Below are positions 52,345 to 61,103 of a stretch of DNA of 64,000 bases, piece after piece (within the stretch, counting starts at the first letter, position 1; each line of letters begins with the position of its first letter). The notes under the pieces are model-generated. The model saw only the letters and a program-made list of their open reading frames with translations, did no database searches and had not been told where the DNA came from. The stretch comes from Pseudomonadota bacterium (GTDB lineage Bacteria > Desulfobacterota > Desulfobulbia > Desulfobulbales > SURF-16). A program made the position numbers and the translations under genes. The stretch spans positions 62,056 to 126,055 of the forward strand of contig JAHILF010000053.1 of the NCBI GenBank assembly GCA_018897105.1, in the 5' to 3' direction.

Positions 52345-53547
52345 ATGAAAAATCATTTAAGCAGATGTGTCTGCCTCTTTCTAATGATTTGGATGGTTTC
52401 AACACTGAATGCTCCATCCTTCATTTACGCGGCGGATGAAGAAGCATGTAGCGTATGCCACAAGTACCCGGGTTTGTCCCGGATTGATACCCAGACAGGC
52501 AAATCGCGCCTGTTTTACGTCAGTCAGGACATATACACCAATTCTGTTCATGGTAAGATTCTGTGCAGGAACTGCCATCTGAATCTTGATGTCATCCCCC
52601 ATACAGATGCAAAAAAAGTGGATTGTTCCACCAAATGCCACATCAAGGAACCATCCACGGACAAAGAATTCTCCCACGGCGGCATTTATGCTGAATTCAA
52701 TGTCAGTATCCATGGTCTATACACCCCGGAGATGACGAAAAAATGCACCGAGGATCTGCCGCAGTGCACAGACTGCCATGTAAACGCGGTTTATCAGCCT
52801 GTCAGCGACCTCACTACCATGAAGGCCGGCATTTCAGAAGACGCCTTGCGGCGCTGTCTTGGATGCCATGAGAACAAGGAGTGGACCAACCGCTTCTACC
52901 AGCATTTCGCCCACAGGATGCATCGATCAAAGACTGCTTTACAGACCGTTAAACTCTGTCTCGATTGCCATAAGGACGATAAGAAGATGGCTCGCCATGG
53001 GCTGACTGCCACGTCCAACTATAAGGATACCTTCCACTGGAAAGGCGTCTTGTATGGCGACCCGAATATGCCCGATTGCCTCAGTTGTCATGCCCCGGTA
53101 GGTTTTACGGTTCATTCTATGAAAACGGGGTCCGATCCTGCGTCATCGGTTAGTAAAAATAATCTGCAGAAGACCTGTGCCAATCTCAACGGTACACAGG
53201 TTTGTCATCCTAAAGCCACCGAGAAGTTTGCCACAGGTAAAATTCATCCGACAGGCTCCGGATTTGAAAAACAGGTTACCGAAAATGTTGAGGGTGAAGC
53301 CACTTTGAACGAAATGGAAAGCCTGCAGCAGGAAAGGCGTTTCCGTGACCTGAGCAGCATAACGGCCGAAGATGCTGACATCTCCAAGCTGAATGCACAG
53401 GAGCTTTTCCAACGGAAAGTCTACATAATTGTAAAATATGTGTATACTCTTTTGATCACTGTGGTGATTGGAGGAATGTTGGCACACCAGGTGCTTGATT
53501 TCATAAGAATACTCATAAACAAAAGCAGAAATAATCATCTGGGATAA
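52345..53547 (+). CDS. Membrane-anchored multiheme cytochrome c (6 CxxCH + CX3CH + CX8CH)
   Basis: Signal peptide after ATG 52345 (GGAGG). Motifs CSVCH, CRNCH, CSTKCH, CTDCH, CLGCH, CLDCH, CLSCH, CANLNGTQVCH. The C-terminal TM helix contains a His (GGMLAHQVLDF). Confidence 0.9.
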   Translation: MKNHLSRCVCLFLMIWMVSTLNAPSFIYAADEEACSVCHKYPGLSRIDTQTGKSRLFYVSQDIYTNSVHGKILCRNCHLNLDVIPHTDAKKVDCSTKCHIKEPSTDKEFSHGGIYAEFNVSIHGLYTPEMTKKCTEDLPQCTDCHVNAVYQPVSDLTTMKAGISEDALRRCLGCHENKEWTNRFYQHFAHRMHRSKTALQTVKLCLDCHKDDKKMARHGLTATSNYKDTFHWKGVLYGDPNMPDCLSCHAPVGFTVHSMKTGSDPASSVSKNNLQKTCANLNGTQVCHPKATEKFATGKIHPTGSGFEKQVTENVEGEATLNEMESLQQERRFRDLSSITAEDADISKLNAQELFQRKVYIIVKYVYTLLITVVIGGMLAHQVLDFIRILINKSRNNHLG

Positions 53548-53552
53548 CAACT

Positions 53553-55148
53553 ATGGACTCCGATAAAATAATTGGCAAAGATGGTGAGATGATGCATAAC
53601 AACGACAACCTCCCCAAGGAAATTGTAAGGCTGAATGGCTCAGAGCGCCTTCAGCATCTTATAACCTTTGTAACCTTCTTTATCCTGGTAATAACCGGAT
53701 ACATGCTCAAGATGCCTGAGGCATGGATTCTCAAGTTGGGAACATATGGAACTACCATATTTGACTACCGCGGACTTGTTCACAGGATAGCCGGCGTAAT
53801 CATGATTGTCGGTGGACTTGATCACATCCGCTACTGTATTTTCACCAAGGCCGGGCGGTCTTTCATGTTCGCCATGATTCCTACATTAAAAGATGTAACG
53901 GATATCATCGGCAATATGGCTTACTATTTTGGCCAACGTCCCGAACCGCCGGAATTTGAACGTTTCGATTACAGGGAAAAGGCTGAATATCTGGCACTTG
54001 TAGCCGGTACCATCATCATATCCGTGACCGGTATTTTCCTCTGGTCGGAAGTATACTGGAGTAAATTCGTACTTGATCTCTCGATTATGATTCACGGCAT
54101 GGAGGCCTGTCTGGCCACCATGGCCATTATCGTATGGCACTTTTATCAGGTTCACTTCAAACCCGGCCAGTTCCCCATGAGCAGAGTCTGGATAGATGGC
54201 AAGATGTCTAACCATCATCTGAAAATCGAACATGGCGCCATGTACAACCGCTTAGTTGCAGAAGGAAAACTCGCTCCGGTAGATGAACACGACCATCATG
54301 GCCATCACGGTCCGAAAACCGTCAAACAGGTCTTCGTCGAGATTATGACGTATTGTTCCATTCTTTTCTTTATGGGCGTGATGTTTTTACTTGGCAAGCT
54401 TCTTTATTTTCCACCGACCTATTCAGCCAAGGCCAAAACACCAAGCACCGGTTTTGATAGATTAATCCATAGTGGTGGGGATACGGCGAAGTATACCAGG
54501 CATTTCCACAACGTAGATGATACCGTGAATTTAAAGCTGGCGAACCCGCAATTCTGTGTGACCTGTCATGGCACCTTACCGCACAGCAAGGCTCCTGATA
54601 TCCGTTCTTTCCTTAACATGCATAGTTATTTTATGGCCTGTGAAGTTTGCCATGACCGTGAGGAAAATTTCTCCGGCAAATTCAACTACGTCTGGTTTGA
54701 CAACATGACGGATGAGAAGGTCGATAAAATTGAGGGCAGTAACGGCGTTTACGGGTCAAGACTCATCCCGGTCCTTGTATCAGACAGCAATAACGGCAAT
54801 GAAATTCGCCGCATGGATGAGGCTGAAGATCCCAACTTTATTAAATCCTACATTGCTCAGAAAGATATTCTGACTCCTGAGGAACAGGGTAAGGCAAAAG
54901 TAATCATCCATAAGAACATGGCAAAAAAACCAGTTCAATGTACGGAATGTCACAGTAGCAAACAACCTTATATCGATCTGGCACGGATAGGATATTCACA
55001 AAAACGTGCTGAGAGTCTTTATCGGACAGAGGTTGCTGATATGATTAATAGATACATGCAGTTCTATCTCCCGACCATGTTCGATCCCGATCTGATGAGA
55101 AAGCAGAAAATCAACGAACTGAAAATGGAGAATCGTTCCACTCAATAA
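53553..55148 (+). CDS. Cytochrome b (FdnI/HydC-like) domain fused to a triheme c domain
   Basis: ERLQH, HRIAG, RFDYREKAEY, IHGMEA..WHFY membrane helices, His-rich linker HDHHGHHG, then CVTCH, CEVCH and CTECH. Confidence 0.88.
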   Translation: MDSDKIIGKDGEMMHNNDNLPKEIVRLNGSERLQHLITFVTFFILVITGYMLKMPEAWILKLGTYGTTIFDYRGLVHRIAGVIMIVGGLDHIRYCIFTKAGRSFMFAMIPTLKDVTDIIGNMAYYFGQRPEPPEFERFDYREKAEYLALVAGTIIISVTGIFLWSEVYWSKFVLDLSIMIHGMEACLATMAIIVWHFYQVHFKPGQFPMSRVWIDGKMSNHHLKIEHGAMYNRLVAEGKLAPVDEHDHHGHHGPKTVKQVFVEIMTYCSILFFMGVMFLLGKLLYFPPTYSAKAKTPSTGFDRLIHSGGDTAKYTRHFHNVDDTVNLKLANPQFCVTCHGTLPHSKAPDIRSFLNMHSYFMACEVCHDREENFSGKFNYVWFDNMTDEKVDKIEGSNGVYGSRLIPVLVSDSNNGNEIRRMDEAEDPNFIKSYIAQKDILTPEEQGKAKVIIHKNMAKKPVQCTECHSSKQPYIDLARIGYSQKRAESLYRTEVADMINRYMQFYLPTMFDPDLMRKQKINELKMENRSTQ

Positions 55149-55155
55149 AGAGTAA

Positions 55156-56214
55156 TTGACTAGGACCATGCACCTTTGCCAACAACAACATTCTGTCGAT
55201 ATTCATTGTCACGTTGCCAGCTTAGCCGATCCGGCTCTGTTAAGCAGTCGAGCAGCTTCAGCTGGCAATAAAGACAGTAAAGGAAGACAGGATAGATACA
55301 ACCAAAGGTGCTGGTTGGTATTTTCCCTCCTTATTATATTGCTGATTTTCCCGGGCGCCATCTTTGCTCAAGATGGCGCTCCTCATATCGTCAAGTTCCA
55401 ACCTGTCCTGTCGATCTCAGGTTCAATGAAACTTCCCAGTGATGTTGCAGTTGACCAGAGCGGCAGGATATTCATTTTAGACGGCACAGCAGACATCGTC
55501 AGAGTATATTCCTCCAAGGGAGAACCAATATTTACCCTGGGAGGTGCCGGAATTCTCAAACAACCCCTTGGTATAGATGTTTCACCTGGGGGTGATGTGG
55601 TTGTGGCCGATTCAGGAAATCACCGCTTGGCATTCTTCCCCGCGGAAAATAAAACTCCCCATTACATTGATGTCCCCTCCTCTGTTGACGGCAACCCGAG
55701 CGATCCTACTGATGTCAATTTCGGACCTGACAACACATTTATTGTTGTGGACAACGATAATCACCGGGTTGTTTCACTCACCCGTTCCGGCAAAGTGGTC
55801 TGGACAACAGGGACAATGGGCCGTAATCCCGGTGAATTCCGTTTCCCTTTCCTGATGGATATTGATAGGTTGGGTAGGATCTATATTGTCGAGGCTATCA
55901 ATACACGGGTCCAGGTTCTTGAATCAAATGGTAAGTTTGCCCGTTTTATCGGCGAATGGGGTATTGAACCCGGTCAATTTTTCAGACCAAAGGGTGTGGT
56001 GGTAAACGACAAGAACGAGGTATTCGTCTCAGACAGTTATTTAGGAGTAATTCAGGTTTTCAAACGGGAAGGAGGGCTTATTGGGGTAATCGGAGACGGT
56101 CACGGCAAGATTACAAAATTCAAGACTCCGGTGGGGATGGCTATTTCCGGCAACCGTCTTATTGTCGTTGAAATGTTCAACAACAGGGTACTGATTCTGG
56201 AAAAACAGGATTAG
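55156..56214 (+). CDS. Secreted NHL-repeat beta-propeller protein
   Basis: Repeats PSDVAVDQSGRIFILD, PLGIDVSPGGDVVVAD, FRFPFLMDID, FFRPKGVVV..EVFVSD, FKTPVGMAI. The hydrophobic signal begins near LVFSLLIILL and the true start is uncertain. Confidence 0.9.
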   Translation: MTRTMHLCQQQHSVDIHCHVASLADPALLSSRAASAGNKDSKGRQDRYNQRCWLVFSLLIILLIFPGAIFAQDGAPHIVKFQPVLSISGSMKLPSDVAVDQSGRIFILDGTADIVRVYSSKGEPIFTLGGAGILKQPLGIDVSPGGDVVVADSGNHRLAFFPAENKTPHYIDVPSSVDGNPSDPTDVNFGPDNTFIVVDNDNHRVVSLTRSGKVVWTTGTMGRNPGEFRFPFLMDIDRLGRIYIVEAINTRVQVLESNGKFARFIGEWGIEPGQFFRPKGVVVNDKNEVFVSDSYLGVIQVFKREGGLIGVIGDGHGKITKFKTPVGMAISGNRLIVVEMFNNRVLILEKQD

Positions 56215-58964
56215 TGAAATTAATGCATCGGCTATCACCTTTAACATTTATTTTGATCCTTGCGGTTACACTTTTCCTGCCGCCGGTCACCGACGTGCAG
56301 GCTGCCGGAAATCTGACCCAGAATTCTGCCCGTGAATGTGCCATCTGCCACTTCAGATGGATTGATCAATTTCTCGAAGGTCATGGCACTGCCCTGGTAG
56401 AATATGAAAAAGAAGATATCGCCGGTGATGAAATGATCTGCTTCAGTTGCCATGACGGATCAACCGATGACTCGCGGAGGAAGGTATGGATACTGGACAG
56501 GCATAAAACCGATATGCTCCCTTCGGACAAAGTCAAAATTCCGAAGCTGTTTCCACTTTCTCAAGATGGTAAAGTCGTCTGCGCCACCTGTCACTCCGCG
56601 CACTCCGTTACCACGGATACCAGTATAGAACGCACCATCTTTCTGCGTATCTCCAATAAAGATTCCATAATGTGCGAGATGTGCCATGCCGCCCAGGCGG
56701 TCAAGGATTACAACCATCCCACCCATGAGGGTAAACGCCCTATACCAAATGAGCTCTATGCTGTAGGCGCGGTTCCATCTTCTACTGATCGCAACTTCGT
56801 GATTTGCGAAAGCTGCCATACTGCCCATGGCAGTGTGGAAAGAAATCTTCTTTTTGAAGTCAAGAAGCAATCAACCATCTGCACCCTCTGCCACCCGGGA
56901 GAGTACGATGCTCCCAATGCCCCGGTGAATAAGCAGGTCAATCACCCTCTACTGGTCGAGTTTAAACAAAATCCCAATGTCGGCGGAGTAAAGATTCAGT
57001 TGGGACCGAATAACAATCTCGAGTGTCTTTCGTGCCACAAGGTGCATCAGCATGAAAAGGGAAACAAAGCCCTGATAAAGAACAAAGAAGCACTCTGTCA
57101 GCTCTGTCATGCCGACAAGTCAGACAGATCCTCTGTTCCCGACTGGCAGAAAAGCAATCATCCGCTCTATGTCAAATACAAGCTTGATCCGGCAACCCAT
57201 GTGAAACTTGACGGCGGGCCGCAAAACACTGTTTACTGTTTCACCTGCCATAAGATACACCAGCACGAACCCGGCACCAAGGCCCTTGCCGCCCAGCGTG
57301 ATCCCCTCTGTGCAACATGCCATAAGGACCAGTATATGGTTGATGACACGGATCATGATCTCAGCATCACGGCAAAAGACGAGATCAATGTCCTCAAGCA
57401 AACCATAAAACAGACGGGAGTCTGTTCCGCCTGCCATATTCCTCACAAGGCCACCGGTCCGTATCTCTGGGCACGACAAGTAAAAGATCCAGCTTCACTG
57501 TCTTCACCGTCCAAACTCTGTCTCACCTGCCACAATGACAAGGGAACTGCAGCAAAAAAGACGGTGGGACGGTTTACCCATCCTGTTAATATTGCGATGA
57601 AAGAAGCGGATCAGTTGAAGGACCCGAAAACACTGCCGCTTTATACCATAACGGACGGCACCGAAGTGATGGAGTGTCATACCTGCCATGACCCGCACAG
57701 GTGGGACTCACAGAGCAGCAGGAAGGGCAAGGGCATCAATGATGAAGGTACTCCCTTCACCAGTTTTCTGAGGAAACGTTCCGGCACGGATAGCGCCCTC
57801 TGCGCGTCATGCCATGTGGAGCAGTATTATGTGGAAGGCACTGATCACGACCTCACCGTCACTGCGCCCAAAGAGAACAATATCGCTAAACAAACCGCCG
57901 GTCAATCAGGTGTCTGTTCACCCTGCCATGTGCCGCATCAGGCCAGCGGTCCCTATCTCTGGGCGAGAAAATTTGACAAAAAGCCAACCTCCCCGTCTTC
58001 CCTCTGTCTGAACTGTCACGTCAAAAAAGGACCGGCAGAGAAAAAGACCTTGGGACAGAACACCCATCCGGTGAACGTCAAGATAGAAGACCCCCTCAAT
58101 CTGACACTGCCTCTGCGTAAACTGTCCGACGGCACATCGGTTATGGAGTGCCATACCTGCCATGATCCGCATAAATGGAATTCCCAGATCAGCAAGAAGG
58201 GTAAGGGCTCCAACGTTGAGGGCAATGCTGACAGCAGTTTTCTCAGAAGCGCCAATCTGGAAAAACCGACTTTATGCGCCCAATGCCATCTCCGCAAAAG
58301 CTTTGTCACCGGAACCGATCATGACATGCGGGTAACAGCTCCCACATCACTGAACAAGAGCGGGAAGATGGCCAAGGAAGAGTCAGTCTGCTCTCCTTGC
58401 CATGCCGTTCATAATGCTACTGAGAAAATCCTGCTGTGGAATTACACTCTGGATGATGCCGGGCAGGACTTCATCGAGAAAGCCTGCAACGGTTGCCACT
58501 CCAAGAACGGGGCGGGAAAAGACAAGGTCATTTCTTCAGGTATACATCCGAAACAGTTCTATTTCGGCTATCATAAATCCTACCGGAATATCCTTCTATC
58601 CATCGGACCGGCGCCTGATCCCATTCCATTATATACTAAAGAAGGCACGAAGGCCGTTTCCGGGGAGATAACCTGTTCAACCTGCCATGATCCGCATATC
58701 TGGGACGCAAACGATGAAACCGCCGGGTCAGGGAAAATCATTGAGGGCACCGTTGTAAACAGTTTTCTCAGAAAGGGTGCAAGAAATGAATTGTGTTATG
58801 CGTGCCATGGCATTAAAACCCTTTTACTGTATAGATTTTACCATAACGCCAACGAGAAAAAGAGTATTTTAGGGATTTCGATGCCCTCCGCCGACCAAGT
58901 TGAGTCTGATACCCAAAGACAACCTGCCGGCGGCGAGGACAAAGAGAACAACGGGGTAAAATAA
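56214..58964 (+). CDS. 22-heme cytochrome c with doubled-CxxCH modules and three tandem OmcE-like tetraheme repeats
   Basis: 22 CxxCH counted in the translation, Sec signal peptide, three ~160-aa repeats each starting TDHD[LM]. Confidence 0.92.
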   Translation: MKLMHRLSPLTFILILAVTLFLPPVTDVQAAGNLTQNSARECAICHFRWIDQFLEGHGTALVEYEKEDIAGDEMICFSCHDGSTDDSRRKVWILDRHKTDMLPSDKVKIPKLFPLSQDGKVVCATCHSAHSVTTDTSIERTIFLRISNKDSIMCEMCHAAQAVKDYNHPTHEGKRPIPNELYAVGAVPSSTDRNFVICESCHTAHGSVERNLLFEVKKQSTICTLCHPGEYDAPNAPVNKQVNHPLLVEFKQNPNVGGVKIQLGPNNNLECLSCHKVHQHEKGNKALIKNKEALCQLCHADKSDRSSVPDWQKSNHPLYVKYKLDPATHVKLDGGPQNTVYCFTCHKIHQHEPGTKALAAQRDPLCATCHKDQYMVDDTDHDLSITAKDEINVLKQTIKQTGVCSACHIPHKATGPYLWARQVKDPASLSSPSKLCLTCHNDKGTAAKKTVGRFTHPVNIAMKEADQLKDPKTLPLYTITDGTEVMECHTCHDPHRWDSQSSRKGKGINDEGTPFTSFLRKRSGTDSALCASCHVEQYYVEGTDHDLTVTAPKENNIAKQTAGQSGVCSPCHVPHQASGPYLWARKFDKKPTSPSSLCLNCHVKKGPAEKKTLGQNTHPVNVKIEDPLNLTLPLRKLSDGTSVMECHTCHDPHKWNSQISKKGKGSNVEGNADSSFLRSANLEKPTLCAQCHLRKSFVTGTDHDMRVTAPTSLNKSGKMAKEESVCSPCHAVHNATEKILLWNYTLDDAGQDFIEKACNGCHSKNGAGKDKVISSGIHPKQFYFGYHKSYRNILLSIGPAPDPIPLYTKEGTKAVSGEITCSTCHDPHIWDANDETAGSGKIIEGTVVNSFLRKGARNELCYACHGIKTLLLYRFYHNANEKKSILGISMPSADQVESDTQRQPAGGEDKENNGVK

Positions 58965-58965
58965 A

Positions 58966-60579
58966 ATGGGCCGTTTCTGCATCGCATCGCTCTTTTTTCT
59001 GGCAGTAACACTCATATCTAGTTTTCCAACGGCAATTTCAGCTGAATCTGTAACCATTTCACCCGGCAGAGGATTGCACAGAACAAATGACGGCTTGACC
59101 ATCCCCTCCCCCCCTATTGAAACCATCGACAACCCCCATGTCATGGCCTGCAACAAATGCCATATTCAGGGTAAGGACGGCAAAACCCAAGAGACTCTGA
59201 TTACCGCTGACAGCATCAGTCTCTGCGAGATGTGCCATGCCGGAGCAAATCTTCACCCGCTGGGGATAGAGCCGATTAATCAGTTCGCCGGGCTGGATCA
59301 TTTCACCCTGCCCCTGGGTAATGGCATTTATCAGGGGAAAATTGTCTGCCTGACCTGTCATTACATACACCAGGATAAGTTTACCCCGTATCTTCTCAGA
59401 GGGGACAATACCTCACACCAGACTATCCGCAACAATTTATGCTCCATCTGTCATAAGGAACATTTTGCCGGCATTTCCCCGCATACTTCAGAAACCACAG
59501 CATGTGTTTTCTGTCATATCGCCACCCCGGAGAAAAGAAAGAATAAGGGGAAAATGGCCAAGGACGAAGTTGATGCCGTATGCTTCTTCTGCCACTGGTC
59601 GCTCAGAAAAAACCATTACAAGGATCTCGACCCGTTGCCGGACCCCCTTGTCCAGGAATTGATCGACCCATCAAGCAACCTGAAGCAGGGGCAGATGTAC
59701 TGTTTAAGCTGCCATATGCATCATGGAAAAGCTGCAGAAACCCATCTTATCACCAAGCAGTATCTCCAGCTTGCGGTGGTGTCCAGAAATATCAATCCCC
59801 ACTGGAAAAACCTGATGTGCATTTCCTGCCACAAGAGCGCTCCTTCAAAAGGAAATCCGAGTCTTCTCGGCAGTGGCGATCTCAACGAGCTCTGCAACCG
59901 TTGCCACAAGTCAGAGTTTGCCAGGGCTGATATTCATCCGGTGGGCATTATTCCCTCAAAACACGTGAAGATACCTCTGGACATGCCTCTGCAGAACGGG
60001 AAACTCTCCTGTGAGACCTGTCACCTGTCATCTCTACAGGAAAGTGCTCTGCATATCGATTCTATGGGCAAGGAAAATCCCAAATTCCTGCGTAGAAGCG
60101 GACTGTCGCGCAACGAATTCTGTTTTCTCTGCCACCGGCAGGAGACCTATCGTCGTTTGAATCCGCACCTGCAGGTTGACGAACATGGTCATATCAGGAA
60201 AGAAACGTGCCTTTTATGTCACGCCTCCCTGCCGGATATCTATCTTTTCGGCCCGGAAAATGTTATATTTATTGTTGCTGACCCCAATGAATACTGTATC
60301 GGCTGCCATCCGGGCTTCAGTGAGAATCATCCCGCCGGAGGCCGTCATCTGGTAAAACCTTCAGCAAAAATCTTAAAAGCGCTTGAAACCTCTGTACAAA
60401 GGATCGGCGTCGAGTTACCCTTGTATCAAGGCAAGGTGGTCTGCGCCACCTGCCATAATCCACACGATCTGGGGGTTATCAAATACCCTGCTTCGGCCGA
60501 AGGTTCGCAACGCAAAAACAAATTGAGGTTAATGCCCGGGATAACCCAGTGTACCGGCTGCCACTGGGATAAAGGATAG
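58966..60579 (+). CDS. 15-heme cytochrome c
   Basis: 15 CxxCH counted, signal peptide, repeated NPH..CxxCH..CxxCH..HP..CxxCH..LR..CxxCH modules. Confidence 0.92.
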   Translation: MGRFCIASLFFLAVTLISSFPTAISAESVTISPGRGLHRTNDGLTIPSPPIETIDNPHVMACNKCHIQGKDGKTQETLITADSISLCEMCHAGANLHPLGIEPINQFAGLDHFTLPLGNGIYQGKIVCLTCHYIHQDKFTPYLLRGDNTSHQTIRNNLCSICHKEHFAGISPHTSETTACVFCHIATPEKRKNKGKMAKDEVDAVCFFCHWSLRKNHYKDLDPLPDPLVQELIDPSSNLKQGQMYCLSCHMHHGKAAETHLITKQYLQLAVVSRNINPHWKNLMCISCHKSAPSKGNPSLLGSGDLNELCNRCHKSEFARADIHPVGIIPSKHVKIPLDMPLQNGKLSCETCHLSSLQESALHIDSMGKENPKFLRRSGLSRNEFCFLCHRQETYRRLNPHLQVDEHGHIRKETCLLCHASLPDIYLFGPENVIFIVADPNEYCIGCHPGFSENHPAGGRHLVKPSAKILKALETSVQRIGVELPLYQGKVVCATCHNPHDLGVIKYPASAEGSQRKNKLRLMPGITQCTGCHWDKG

Positions 60580-60598
60580 GAATTGCAGGAGAACGGGC

Positions 60599-61102
60599 AT
60601 GAAATCCCCCTCCGCTGTTAATCTACATATAACGACATTACCATTACTGATCATATCTATGTTCTTCATGGTGAGTGTAGCACCATGTCCCGCAGCAAAA
60701 GAGCCTCCCCCTGCCCTCTCAGTTTATGTTGGTTCCCTCTCCTGCCAGCCCTGCCACGAGAAGGAATATGCCAACTTCTCCATCTATGCAAAAAAAAGCA
60801 ACTCCTATAGAAGCATTGAAAGACTGCAGAAAGGTCTGAACGAACAAAACTTAAAGAAATGCTATTTCTGTCACACTACAGGCTATGGGAAACCGGGCGG
60901 CTTTATCAGCGTTGAAAAAACTCCTCTTTTGAAAAATGCCGGCTGTGAGGTTTGCCACGGCCCGGGGTCGATTCACATAGAGGACGCAAAACCTGAATCG
61001 ATCATTGGCCATCCGACCATACAGATCTGCGATCAGTGCCACACAAGCGAGATGATAAAGGCCTTCAAATTCAGGCCTCTCATTCATGGCGGAGGGCATT
61101 GA
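60599..61102 (+). CDS. Tetraheme cytochrome c554-like protein
   Basis: YVGSLSCQPCH, CYFCHTTG, GCEVCHGPGS, CDQCH; signal peptide. Confidence 0.88.
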   Translation: MKSPSAVNLHITTLPLLIISMFFMVSVAPCPAAKEPPPALSVYVGSLSCQPCHEKEYANFSIYAKKSNSYRSIERLQKGLNEQNLKKCYFCHTTGYGKPGGFISVEKTPLLKNAGCEVCHGPGSIHIEDAKPESIIGHPTIQICDQCHTSEMIKAFKFRPLIHGGGH

Positions 61103-61103
61103 T

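Noticed and set aside
52345-61102. Mtr/Pcc-type porin-cytochrome conduit label
   Set aside because: No beta-barrel porin gene and no lipobox-bearing cytochrome was recognised in the cluster.
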